Shown in pieces: positions 38,935 to 51,495 of a DNA stretch of 64,000 nucleotides. The stretch is from Bugula neritina (Eukaryota > Animalia > Bryozoa): assembly GCA_964035545.1 (NCBI GenBank), contig OZ037766.1, positions 27,511,673-27,575,672 of the forward strand, read 5' to 3'. How positions within the stretch are numbered: the first letter of the stretch is position 1; the number at the start of each line of letters is the position of its first letter. A program made the translations under genes and the position numbers. Below the pieces are notes generated by a model. That model saw only the letters and a list, made by a program, of their open reading frames with translations. It was not told the origin of the DNA and ran no database searches.

Positions 38935-41900
38935 CTAGCGTTCAACCATTTCTACACTGTTGTACTTTGGATTTGAGTTCCCCTGCAAAAGTAAGATAAT
39001 CCTAAAATAAATCTCTGTAGAGAAAATGCAAATTGTAAACTATGTATTGTTTACTATTTTCTCTAGTCATTAATATGAATATGTGCAAGTATTTATAGCA
39101 AGATGTCCTCTCTGAATTTGTATGTATTGCTAGTAGAAGACAAATCCCTTATACAAACAAAGAATAATTTTGTAAATATCGAATGCATTTCCACAAAAAG
39201 ATAAAAAATAAAAAAATTATTTTTTTTTCCACCCTGAAGTTTAATGTAAGTATGAGTAAAATTTGGTTTTATTCAGTTTGTACTTGCATGGTTATAGTGT
39301 TATTAGTTCATAAGAAAGAAGCTGGGTTGTAATAGATAAAGCACTGGCCTAGCTAGAATGACTCATGTCTATGTGGTCATGGGTTTAAATCCCTGCAGGC
39401 TATTGCTGTAGCGTAGAAGCAATTATAATTGAATGTTTTTTCTGACATCACCAATGACATTACCGATGGCCTGGGCCATTAGCTATGTCAGCAAAAGCAA
39501 CCAAGTATAATTGTTCCTGTGTCACGGCAATAAGGTATTATGTTGTTTATGGAAACTATACGACTTACTAATGGACTTACATCTATAGGAGCTAGGGTAT
39601 TTGCACCGCAACGGCTGTACAGGTACACTCGTAGACGGAAGAATCCGAATAATAAAAAATGCACAACTATTGCAACGGCTATAGCAGCCACTGTTGCAAT
39701 GGCTGGCGTAGTTGCCCCAGCAGTCCAATCAAAAATCTACAAACATATATAACACTATATAAACAATACAAAAAGCATTATAAATGCTCATGTGCATGGC
39801 AAAATTCCAGATGTTGGAAAATCTAACTTAATTGAAGCTAATCACAACAACTGAATCAAGTACATATAACTATCAAGTTTTAACATAGTTTTTGACACAA
39901 AAATTGGATAATCTAATTTAGAAGCAAGTTGACGTAATGTAGAAGGTTCATTATAACTAACTCAAGTAAACATAACTATTAGGTTTTAAAAAAGTCAATT
40001 ACTTTTATAAATTTATAGTAATCATGAACACATGTATTCCAGATTATTAATGTGGGAGCTAGCCATTGAGTTAGAATCCTGAAAAAAATGTTATATAGTT
40101 TCTCTTTAGAGTATATAAAGCTTAGAATACAGTATTCTTTTCACATTATTATTAGCACAAATTGAGATTCTAGTGTAGCACACAAAGGTTCAGCCGTAGG
40201 TTTGACAGCTAGAAGTATGCTGCTTTTGCTTACTTGGTAAATATACGGCTCATTTCTGCCATTAGTGCCCCCAGAAAAGTCGTATATCAATGCAAAGATT
40301 GCCCAAGTCAACCCGAATGCTGTGGGGATGTAGAAATGAAGAGCTTTAATTGGCATAGCGGTGACCCAGATGTCTATTAGGACGAATGCTCCATTCACTC
40401 CATGGTTGAAGTACGTGTGTACTTGAACACTGCTTAAGTTATCTGATAACAAAATAAAGAGCTTGAGTTTAGCTTTAATAATCAAACATTCTGACATTAT
40501 ACCATGCATGCTATGCTAGATGTGACTTGTCTAATATAACTACAATAGTTGGCTGTGTGCATAGTTGTCTTCACTTCATAATATAATATTAGATTTTATG
40601 GTTCCAATTACTTTAAATAGGAGAGATAACTCTTAGTAGGAGTGAATAAAATTTGAAAATCACATAGCAGGCTAGCTTTCTTTAGTTGCTAGGCTTTTTA
40701 CAACAACTGATTAAATATTCTTAAGAGAAATTTATTCTTTGGCAATATAACTCAAAATAAAAGCTTCTGTTAAGCACAATTTTTTCAGTTTCTTGGAAGC
40801 AAATATCTTTTCATGCTGTATTATATACAGCTACTTTTGGGGCTGCATATATAGCGTAATCTAAGTTTGTAGACACAAACCCAATGCATGTAATTTATAC
40901 TTACTGGGATCAAACAGTAGAGCCCAATAGAGAATTGTAATGACTACTGCAGCTGCTTGACTCAGTTCGTACAGGAACCAGTTGAGTTTCATGTAGAATC
41001 GCATCTCTTCAGGTTCAGCTGTAGGATAAGTGAGAATATCAGTATAGTACCAGAAATAAACAGCTATATAAGACAGTTGTAACATATAATATATAATACA
41101 TTCAAATATTCTTAAAACTCAGGCTTGTATCCGAGTAACTAATAAATAATATTAGCAACTAATAGCTAGTAACCATAAATGGTAACTATAGTAACTAATT
41201 GTAACTAGTAATTATTCATTAAGTAATAGTTATATAGTTACTATAGTAAATTATTACTATAGCCATCAGTTATACCTATAGTTATCAGTTACTAGTTATC
41301 AGTTGCTAGTCACTAGTTACTAGTAATAGTATTACTGTAAAATGGCAGCTAAAGATTATTGTATTTTTTCATAATTTATGAAGCATTTTCGTTCCAGAGT
41401 TTAAATTTCACGCTGTTGAAGGTTCTATTTCTATCAGCATTGACTTGGAGGCTCACATTTCATTCCTCACTATAATGTTGTGAGTTGAAAAGACTTTAGC
41501 TTATAGCATAATGCAAGCTCATAGCCACAGAGTTTAATGGAGGAACCCAACACCTATAGCACTAAATAACAGGGTGAAGTTGTACCAGCTCAGCCTGTAA
41601 TAGCTAACTCATTGTATACCCTGCTGGGTTTATTGGTGTCTGTTTTATATATCTGTATATATATCTAATGAATGACAGCTATGAAATGGTTAAATACATT
41701 ATCAAGGTTTTTGCTCAATGACTTATGCTATATAATTTTATTGCAAAATTATTTTACGAGCCGAAATTAAACCAATAAAAGTCAATAGTCTCGCATGCTG
41801 CACCACCAAATGTGTTGCTGGGAAAAGAGATAGCTCAGTTTCCTATCTTTTATGTTTAGATATCTGGCACATGATATATTGAAAACCAAACTCTAAGTTG

Positions 41901-44859
41901 TAACACACTGATGGGAAACTCAAGCCATATACTCATGTGTGTATATACTAGACTTTTCATCTGTTGGTAACATCTCATTGTTGTTATAGGGACTGTGTTT
42001 ATATATAAGGCTGAAAATAATTAAATTTTTGAATGTTATAATTTATTCTCTATAAATTATCGTATGCATTTAACTGTCAAACAAAACACTTCAATAGTCT
42101 AAGCACTTATTATTTATTTGACATTTTTGAGTTTAGTTGTTATTTTTACAGAAATATATTTATTGAAGAATTTTTTCTCTTATATAGACCACAGACTTTC
42201 TGGATTGTCTTGCTTGCCTGGTTATATGCATACTAGATATCAATAAATGTCATTGTAGAACGATATCAATAACATATGGGCTCTCCCTTCTTTACATTAG
42301 CACAAGTTAAACTATTTGCATCATACTTCAAAATACAGCTAGTTTAGTAAACTATTACAGAAAAAATGTGACCCTAGATACAAAGGAATATAAGTCTCTC
42401 TTCTCTACACAGAGAAATTCAATTGCACTTTCCATGGTCATGGTATAGTCACAGCTGAATTATTGAATGGCGTCATGTTACTGATGAGAATACTGCATAG
42501 TATAAACTGTACGCTGTACATATTAACTGTATTATCAACCTCTAACATATAATGCATGCTGGTACAGCTGCCTAGGCAAGAATTCCCTCTGAATTATTTG
42601 CTACAGGGCAAGGAGTGTATCATGAGTGTACTAAAAGCAATTAATGTGTCAGTTACTGCAGTTTATCTTTGTAATAAAGATGAGTTATACAACATAACTA
42701 GCTGTCCTTGTAAAAGTGTTTTTTTCTGATTGATAGATGTTAATAAAGCCACTCTTGAATTAGGAATTGCAATCATGTAAGCTTAGGTTTTTGATAAATA
42801 GCCAAATACAAATATATAAATTTTTTTGCTTTTCCAGTTTTTAAATGAATTCATAGCTTATGCTATGTCATGTTTTAAATTTTTAGAAACTTGCATCTTA
42901 GCCCATAAAGTTTTCCAAATCGTTAATAGGTATTTAAAACCATTTTTGCAATCTTGATTTTCTAAAGAAATCGTCTCAAGAACATTTATAGATGTTATAG
43001 TAGCAGGTGTTTAAAATCTAAACCGGTAAGATTTTCCTTATTTTCTTACTTTTGCCAACTGTATTAATTTTTTACTTTTTAAAAGATTAGTTAAAACAGA
43101 AAAACTGTTGTTTTCGGATGGCCAGTAATGAAAAAGAGAAACAGAACTCTATTGATCAAAATTCCATTGATATATTACAGGTTTTGAGGTTTTAGTTTGA
43201 AGCTTGTCATCTGTAGTGGATCTATTTCACAAATAAATATGTTAATATATACTATACTATATTCTGCAACGTAATATATGTGCTCCAATTAATGAGATTT
43301 CCATTGGATTTGTCCATTATTCAGCAAAAATATAATAATCTCAAGAAGAATAAGCTGTTGTAATATGGTTCAGTGCCTGGCAAACATTCAGCATCTAGTG
43401 TAGATAGTTTCAGTATTAATAATAATATGCAGGGTGGCACATCTTATAAGGTAGAACTGCTATATATAATCAGATCTGATCATAATAAACTACTATATCC
43501 AGTAATCTGCTATTCACCTAGCTGCCAATTTTTAAACTCTGTACCATGATATATTATTGCATGCAGGATTGATGTGAATTTGATACTAGAAGGAGGATAT
43601 TACAAATCTAATATTGCTCTTTGTTGGTGGAGTACCAAAATATTGTTAAAACTGAAGTTGTTTACTTTTTTGCTTCACAATAAGTGGTCTATAGTAACCG
43701 TGCAATAATATTCTTAGTAAGTTACAATATTCATCATTTTCAGGCCCAGCTCAGGATAGTGCGGATGTTGTAGTCTATTTAGTTGCAGAATCAAGGCTAT
43801 GCAAGTTGAAAATACAGCTGTGAGTTGAAAACAATAATAATGTCTTTTAAGACCCCCCACTTCCTTTCCCCAACCCCGTTCCATGCTCGAATGACTTGTG
43901 TAGATTTGAGAAAACTGTGAAAGTATTTACCTTTCAATGCAAAGCATATGGTGCTGACGACAGCGTTAGTGAGCTGACTGGCATTGAACACTGTATAAGC
44001 CCAGTTTGTGAGATAGATCAGCCATTTGGGACCTTCACTGATGTTGTTTCTATAGCAACACCAAAACAATTAAAGTGGAATGACATTATAGCAATATTAA
44101 AAGTTAATGACATAGTGCATGCTAAACTGTAAAAGCTTTTCTCAACAATACTAATAGTATAATATTTCTAATTAAGTTTTATGGTACAGGTCAATGTAAA
44201 GGTGTGGACAATTGTCAAACAAAGTCATCACCCTCTCAAGTCTAAACCCAAATGTCAAAATAGTAACTGTAAACCCAGACTACTGAAAAACATGTACCAC
44301 AGCATAATATTCCAAGAATTATAATTATACTCATGCAAAGCTGATAATGGCATAATTTTAATACTTTTCAAGTTATTCTTTTGAATTATTGTTTTAATAT
44401 TTAAGTTCCAGTGACAGCTGATTTATTAATCAAGTAATTTCTTTTGTCGCATATTTTCTCTAGAATCTAAGGCTAAACATTGACGAACAAAAATAATTAT
44501 TCCACTAATATCAGAAAGTATCTCAGTATGTATAGCTAGCTCTAAATATTTGTGACTGTTTAAACCTATTATGCATGTATTCAAACTGTCTAAGTTTATA
44601 ACATACTTAGCATACACTTAACTTGGTTTAATTTAAAACCTAGCACATCACTGTGTACAGAGTAACTGCAGAGAACTTACACTATACTCAGTATATACGT
44701 GGCTAGAAACAGCAGAGCCCAGAACCATCTCCACACCAAATAGAAGACTCTGACACTCTTAGAGTTGACGTTCTCTGGAGAATAAAGACGCCATGCGGCA
44801 GCGTTTGAGAAGAGGAAGTTCTTTGGAGAACACTCTGTATCTTTACCACCACCACACAT
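38935..44859 (-). CDS. Protein rolling stone-like (FAR-17a/AIG1-like multi-pass membrane protein), paralog A
   Basis: Exons 44859-44681, 44049-43931, 41018-40905, 40442-40234, 39736-39569 (alternative donor after 39581) and 38982-38935; GT-AG, phases 2,1,1,0,0. Motifs KWLIYLTNW, YMKLNWFLY, ITILYWALL, HGVN..LIDIWVTAMP..LHFYIP, GGTN..PYIYQIFDW. Confidence 0.88.
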
Positions 44860-47620
44860 GGTGACCAAATGTGACTTTAGTAAACTACAAGTTTGCAGTA
44901 ACAATGCTGTCTAATTCGTACTAGCTCACGCCTTTAATATTAATGTATTGTCTGGGTCGGTCACTAGCCAACCAAAAGCTTTTCTGAATGTAATGGAAAT
45001 CGCACTTATTCACACAGCAATAGTAATATTTCACAGTCATATTGAATGTATTGAAACAATTCAGCCATAAAGGATAGTTTATTATTCATTGGACAGTTAA
45101 CAGGAATACAATCATCACGTCATATCATTATAATAAATAGAAGCAATGACCAGCATACTATTATAAAAGAATGAATGGGTGTTTGTGTGTTGGCAACATA
45201 ATATTGTGATTGCTTAAGTATTGCACAGAACATTTTTTAGGAAGTGATGTCAGAGGTGATCATGCAATATTGCGCTTTTGGCTGCTGTGGATCGCATACA
45301 ACATTATATAGATAGTTTATTAAGATTTTAATATTTAGATATTACCAAATTAGTATAAGTAACAGCTTAGTTTAGTGAGTGGAAGATTATTATTGCAAGT
45401 ACTTTTCCTGAAACCCTAGCTGTCATAGGTCTGAATACTACATGTATATATGTGTGTCAGGTAGTCTTTAAGCAAAATATTTGCTGACAATTTTGATTAC
45501 TAAAATGCATTTTTAGGCCAAGAGAATCTTAACTTGTATCATGCACTGAATTTCCTACATCTAATTTTTCTCATTTCTATCTACAGTGATTGGCAGCTAA
45601 TATATTGCAAAAGGGCAATTTCAAAAAGAAACAGATTGGGTTCAGCGTCAAAAACTTGTCATTTTATATAAAAACTGCTTGAATATTGAATATTTTAAAT
45701 CAACTTTATTGGAAATATGTTAGTCTATCAAAGCTTTACTGTTTTGCCACTAAAACTTTTTCAGGCGTCAGGTTATGTTGAACAAAATTATTACATGCAA
45801 GCACATTTGCCAGAGGGTTGTTGTTTGGATGATATGCTAAATACTAGCTCCTTACATCTCTTATATAAAATTTATTTTTAGTTTTACATATAACTCAGGT
45901 GTTATTTTCAATATTGTGAAATCAGATGGAAATTGTCTAAGTATGAGGCTGTACAAGCTAGGCTGTATCATTGGTAACCTAAGATAATTGCTTTATAGTT
46001 ATTTAATGAGCACGAAGCTATCTACCAAAATTTGTTAAGTTACATTTGCACATGATTCTGAAATGGTTAGATTTTGTACATTTTTTATAAATGACTAAAC
46101 TTAATTCTGCCTCAAGATTCACCTTTCATGATAATATTGATAATATTATAGAGCAATTTTAATTATGACTATGGAGTTATTCTCTCTTTTTACTAACCCA
46201 GTTTCTTGCAAGAAAATTATTATATTTATAAGTTAATTGAAATGATTATTTGTATACAAAACTATGTATCTCTTTTGGCTTTATAGTAGGTGTGCCTACA
46301 AATACTATAAATCAGCTGCCAAAACTATGCAATTGGGTGTCTCAAGATGAAAGGAGTTTATTTTAGAAAAAAGTTTAAAAATTTCCGTTGCATTACAATT
46401 CGTTTCAAAACATTTTAAAGTAGCAAAATAATACGCTTATAGCAGGAACCAGTTTATAAATAGAAAGCATCACCAAAATGTCTATAACTTGTAGGTCCAA
46501 TTATAATGTAATATAATTTTGAAAAATTAAAAAGCTAACCAATAGTACAATAATATTATCAATTATACAATAATATTGACATTTAATTTAAATATGAAAC
46601 AGTAACTTCAAAGCAAAGTATAGAGGTATCACAATGGAAAAAAAGACATAATATTATAAACTACATAAAAATATATAAATTTAATACATATACGATTTTT
46701 ATAGTGTGAGCAATGACTTTAAATTATAAGCAGCACTGTAATAATTAATGCTATAATTAAAAAGTTGGCATTAGTAAATATTAATACTAAAATTATATAG
46801 TACATAGCAATAGCAGTATTACTCCTCAACAGTGCTAATATAGATATTTATTTGTATAAACACTGCTTGTAACAGAAAGTTGAAATTTTCACATTACTTT
46901 GTATGTGGTCTATCCTTATATGGAATAAAAACTAAGGTCTGTAATAAAATAACTACAATTGAATAAAAACTTTACTCAGAGCATGGAAAGAACTGAAACT
47001 ATCCCACAAGTTATAGAAGTTATTAATTGGTTTATTCTTTTAGTGAGTATAAAGTTCATATGGAGTCGGCATAAAAGAGAGTAGCTGCATGTAGAGTATC
47101 TTGGAGAAGTGACAAGTTGTCTAGTCTGACACCTGTGCCAGGTGGGTGAACCAAATCCCAACAGGACTAGTAAGGGAAGTCAGAAAGAGCTCATATATAC
47201 TGAATAACAAGATGCCAGGCTGCCAGTGTAGATAGAAGCAATGTTAGGGCTTACATAAAATATCTTACTATCATGATTCTCAAAAAGAGAGAGTGATTCC
47301 AGATAAGATAATTTTATATGCAAAATAGCAAACTTTAGAATTCAAAAATGTAGTAATTGTTTGGCGAAAGAGTTTTTGCTCCACAAACTAATGTTTCGGG
47401 GTAAACAGTTTTTACAAATGTATTTCGTTTACTGTCAGCAACATATAGTTAAAGCACCATCACCATTTCTACAGTCACATTGAAATTATTCCCATCACCA
47501 CTAGCTCTATAAGGCTGACATCATCAAATATAACTACAACGCTGACGTGGCAGCACCAGAGCTCTACAAATAACATCAGAGAAAATAACGCAACAGAGAG
47601 ACAGTTTTACCCTCAGTCTG

Positions 47621-50600
47621 TTAATATTCGTTGATCTCTACACTGTCATATGTTTGTTTCTACAATTTGATAAAAGATTGACACAATTATTTTAGCTAGT
47701 TGATGACTTTGAACTAGCTTTGTTGATACTTTCTGTGAATGCATAATACATAACGTGAATGTGGGAATAAGAAATGCAAATCCTTTTAATAATACATGCT
47801 TTTAATGACTGCAACTAGCACATGTATATATATTATATTTATATACCTACTATACACATGTGTACATATTATATATATATACAGTAATATAATAAACAGC
47901 AATATAATAAACAGTGTATAATATTCATACGCTTGCAGAAGACATATACATTTTATCTACAAATATTTAGAACGATAGCTGGGAGTTGCCCATAAAGGTT
48001 GTAACATATTAATTATTTAAAGCACTGTTGGGAAGCTTATTTTTAGGAAGGTAACAATAGCAAATAATAAACATTATAATTTACTCTCAACCCCAAGAGT
48101 TAATAACAAACCTGTGTATTGATTGGTGGATAGTTTGTAGGTAAACACTTTCCATAAATATGAAGCCTGAGTTTGTAGAGACCAAAGAGAAGGAAATGCA
48201 TGATGATAACTCCCACTACAGCACCGACACTGTATATGGCTGGGTAGGTGGCATCTGACGACCAATCCAAAACCTGCGTAACAATCAGCATAATGTACAA
48301 CTGACATACTAACTAGTATCTCCTTACCAGAACAGGACAAAGCAGAGATAGGAGGGGATTCACTAACTGAAAGGTATATAACTAATTGGTTACAGACACC
48401 CCATTGCCTTATGAATTGCTACTTTTCAAATATAACATTATTTTAAGGTGCATTTTCAATTTTTCCTAACTAATAATGTAACTAACTAACAAAGTAATTT
48501 CATTGAAATTTGAAACTAATTTCTTAAAAAAAGTAATCTATAATGTAACAACAATGTTAATGGTAAGGACAGAAAAAAGTAGTACCTAATTACTCAGTAG
48601 GTACTGTATTCAATTAGTTTTGGCAAGATATCCTATTAACCCATCAAATAGCACATCAATGACATGGTCTAGCTCTACCTTATAAGATGTTTGGATACCA
48701 CAGTTACAGCAGAGACGTCTACCGCAACATATTTTCAATCACTAACTTTGAGATGTTCCAAAACAACATGTACATTATAGAACTGAATTTTAAACTAGCT
48801 AATTTAATTTATAGAAATAAATAATTGGCCACGAAAAGTTTTTTGAAAATCTGGAATGATGTAAAAAAATGAAACGTTAGTTAGAATTTACCGAGTAAAT
48901 ATAAGGCCGTAAGAGAGCGTTAGTGCCATTAGAATAGTCGTATATTACTGAGAACACCACGTAGACAACTGCAAAAGAGGTTGGTACGTAGAAATGAAGT
49001 ATCTTGATGGGCATTGCTGTCACCCATATGTCCAGTAGAGTGAAAAGGCAGTTTATACCATGAGTAAAGAATGTATCTGGTTCCAAGGGATAACCTGCAA
49101 TTGAATAAAATATTTTTACAGTGTATTATGAAGACTGCATTTAATATATGAACAGATATTTTATTCCAGTAATAAAATGCCTGTAACGGCAGCTGATGCT
49201 TTATTACGGTTTGCCAATACTAAAACTATATGTGATGATTCGCTTATATAGAACATAATAGTATGCTTATATAAGAAAATGTTATGTCAATGCTTCTATT
49301 TATGTTATATTGCATATTATGATGACTCTAATAAAACTACTTAAAAGAAAGTTAAAGAAAAAGCTGGCAAGTTACAAAATATGTTCTATAATTTAATGTA
49401 AAAAGTATGTTTGTATTGTGAGAAATTTATATTGCAAATCATGCAAACACAACTTCCCTAACAAAAGTGTATAATTGCTATATAGTTTGAACTTGCACAC
49501 ACGACTTACTTGAGGAGTAAATAAGAGCCCAAAACAGCAGGGATATTAATACTGCAGGCGCTGAAGTGAGACTGTACAGAAACCAATTGATCTTCATGTA
49601 CCACCGGACTTCGATATCTGCAAAATGTTCAATAAATCTTATCAAAAAGAGAGAAAAATGGGACCGCAAGATTATTAGCTACACGTGAATATTAAAAGAA
49701 GATGGATGCCTCCTAAAGCTGCTAATGTTGCTATTTCCTTAGCAGTTTCCCTAGTTTCACTGGAGCTTACAAGAAATATTAAACCATGTTATTGTCTAAA
49801 TATTATTATACAAGTATCACTGTGTTAGTGCTACAGTTGAGGAGGAGTGGAAATGTACGATCATCTTGAGGATGCAACAACAGGAGCTATTAGGAATTTC
49901 TTGGACAATTTTCCTTTTGTACAAATGTGACCAATTAAGCAGGTGGAAGTATTAAATGGCTCATTAGACTTGCATCTTATTTGGAGAATAGCTAGATGAA
50001 GCATTGATTTGGGGTGACTGAGTATAGTATTTGAATACACATTATGACCCAACCCCAAACCACTGCACTCAGTGCCCAGCAACTCGGTGCTATTTCTAGT
50101 TATTTTCTCTTATTAGATCTTTTATCCTAGTTTCTGCAGCTACTAACTAATCAATGTGATAAAGTTATGACATGGTTGAGTGACAGTTCAAATTTTTACT
50201 TTGATTTCATTACCAGTGGATTAGCAAGTCATAGTCACTGAAATGTTTTCTAGTTCAGTGGTCATAGTAACTAAAACATTGTATAATATAAGCCATGTTA
50301 TACTTGGGCATTTTGCAAACTAGATACAACTTTTTTCATATTTGCTGTAATTTCAGCTACCTAAAATTTAAATGACTAATAATTTTACACAGTAGCATCT
50401 ATAGTCTATAGTCTATACTATCAGGTTTGTAAATTAATTACATAATCTTTAAGAGCTAAAAATAAGACTATTTTGCAATATCTGTCTTTTAGCTTTTGGC
50501 TTTTAGTTTTGGTTCTATTTACAACTGATTCACACACTGCATTAGCTGTGACTTACAAACACTTGTCAATACTTGCAGACGCTTGCTTACAGCTGCTAAC

Positions 50601-51495
50601 ACTTGTATATAAACACTTGTCAAGTAATAGGAAATACAACATATAGTTCCACAATCTAAGCAAACTTAATAAGTGAAAAGCTGGGATGACCATGGATACG
50701 TTGTAATCTTTAGACTAATTCTCTTAGCTAACCTTGAGTGAAGTAGCCCGCAGTACTTGTAGCAGCATTCCAGATCTGGGCTATACAGAAAGTCAGGTAT
50801 CCCCAGTTGGTCAGGTAGATGAAGTATTTAATTCTTTGACTTTGGTCAGCATACCTATTGTGTGATGTAGTCACTGTTATTATATATGTTTGAGATTAAA
50901 TGCTCTTTAGTTCAAACTATGGGCCAACAAACGTTCAACTCAGGCCCCAAACCAAAATCTTTTTAAAATTTAAAAAGCTTAGGCTATCTCAATTTCTCCA
51001 CCACTGCTCCTAAATAAGTTAGTAAATGCAAAAGTGTCCAGCACTGAAAAAGCTAAAAACATCTTACAATTTAGAGTGATCATCAAGCGACCAGCTATTG
51101 GACTGGGAAATGCGCTATATTTAGATGCAGTAATAGAAAAATTTTAATAACCTAAGATTTTCAATTTTCCTTTTGAATCTTGATAATTGGGGCAAAAATT
51201 GAATTTCTTGCAAAAACACAACTCAATTTGCTACAGTTTTTAGCTGCATCACATGCTATTCCTGATTTTCCCTTAATGCAGCTTTGAATTGAAAAACTCA
51301 CCAAGTCTGGGGAAGAGCTCCACTCAGCACCAGAAAAGTGGTGAATAAGATGGTCCAGAACCATCTCCACACCAAATAGAAGACTTTGACACTCTTAGAG
51401 TTGACATTCTCTGGAGAATAAAGACGCCATGCGGCAGCGTTTGAGAAGAGGAAGTTCTTTGGAGAACACTCTGTATCTTTACCACCACCACACAT
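47621..51495 (-). CDS. Protein rolling stone-like (FAR-17a/AIG1-like multi-pass membrane protein), paralog B
   Basis: Exons 51495-51302, 50854-50733, 49617-49510, 49094-48892, 48273-48112 and 47659-47621; same intron phases as paralog A. Motifs YFIYLTNW, YMKINWFLY, LFWALIY, HGIN..LLDIWVTAMP..LHFYVP, NGTN..PYIYSVLDW. C-terminal YDSVEI parallels YNSVEM of paralog A. Confidence 0.88.

Noticed and set aside
41945-42010. Possible extra exon in rost A intron 2 (TTTTCAG acceptor on the minus strand)
   Set aside because: No good in-phase donor, and paralog B has no counterpart; exons 2 and 3 join in frame without it.
44046-44059. X-box-like GTTTCTATAGCAAC
   Set aside because: Coincides with the splice acceptor and first codons of rost A exon 2, so it is explainable by splice and coding constraints.
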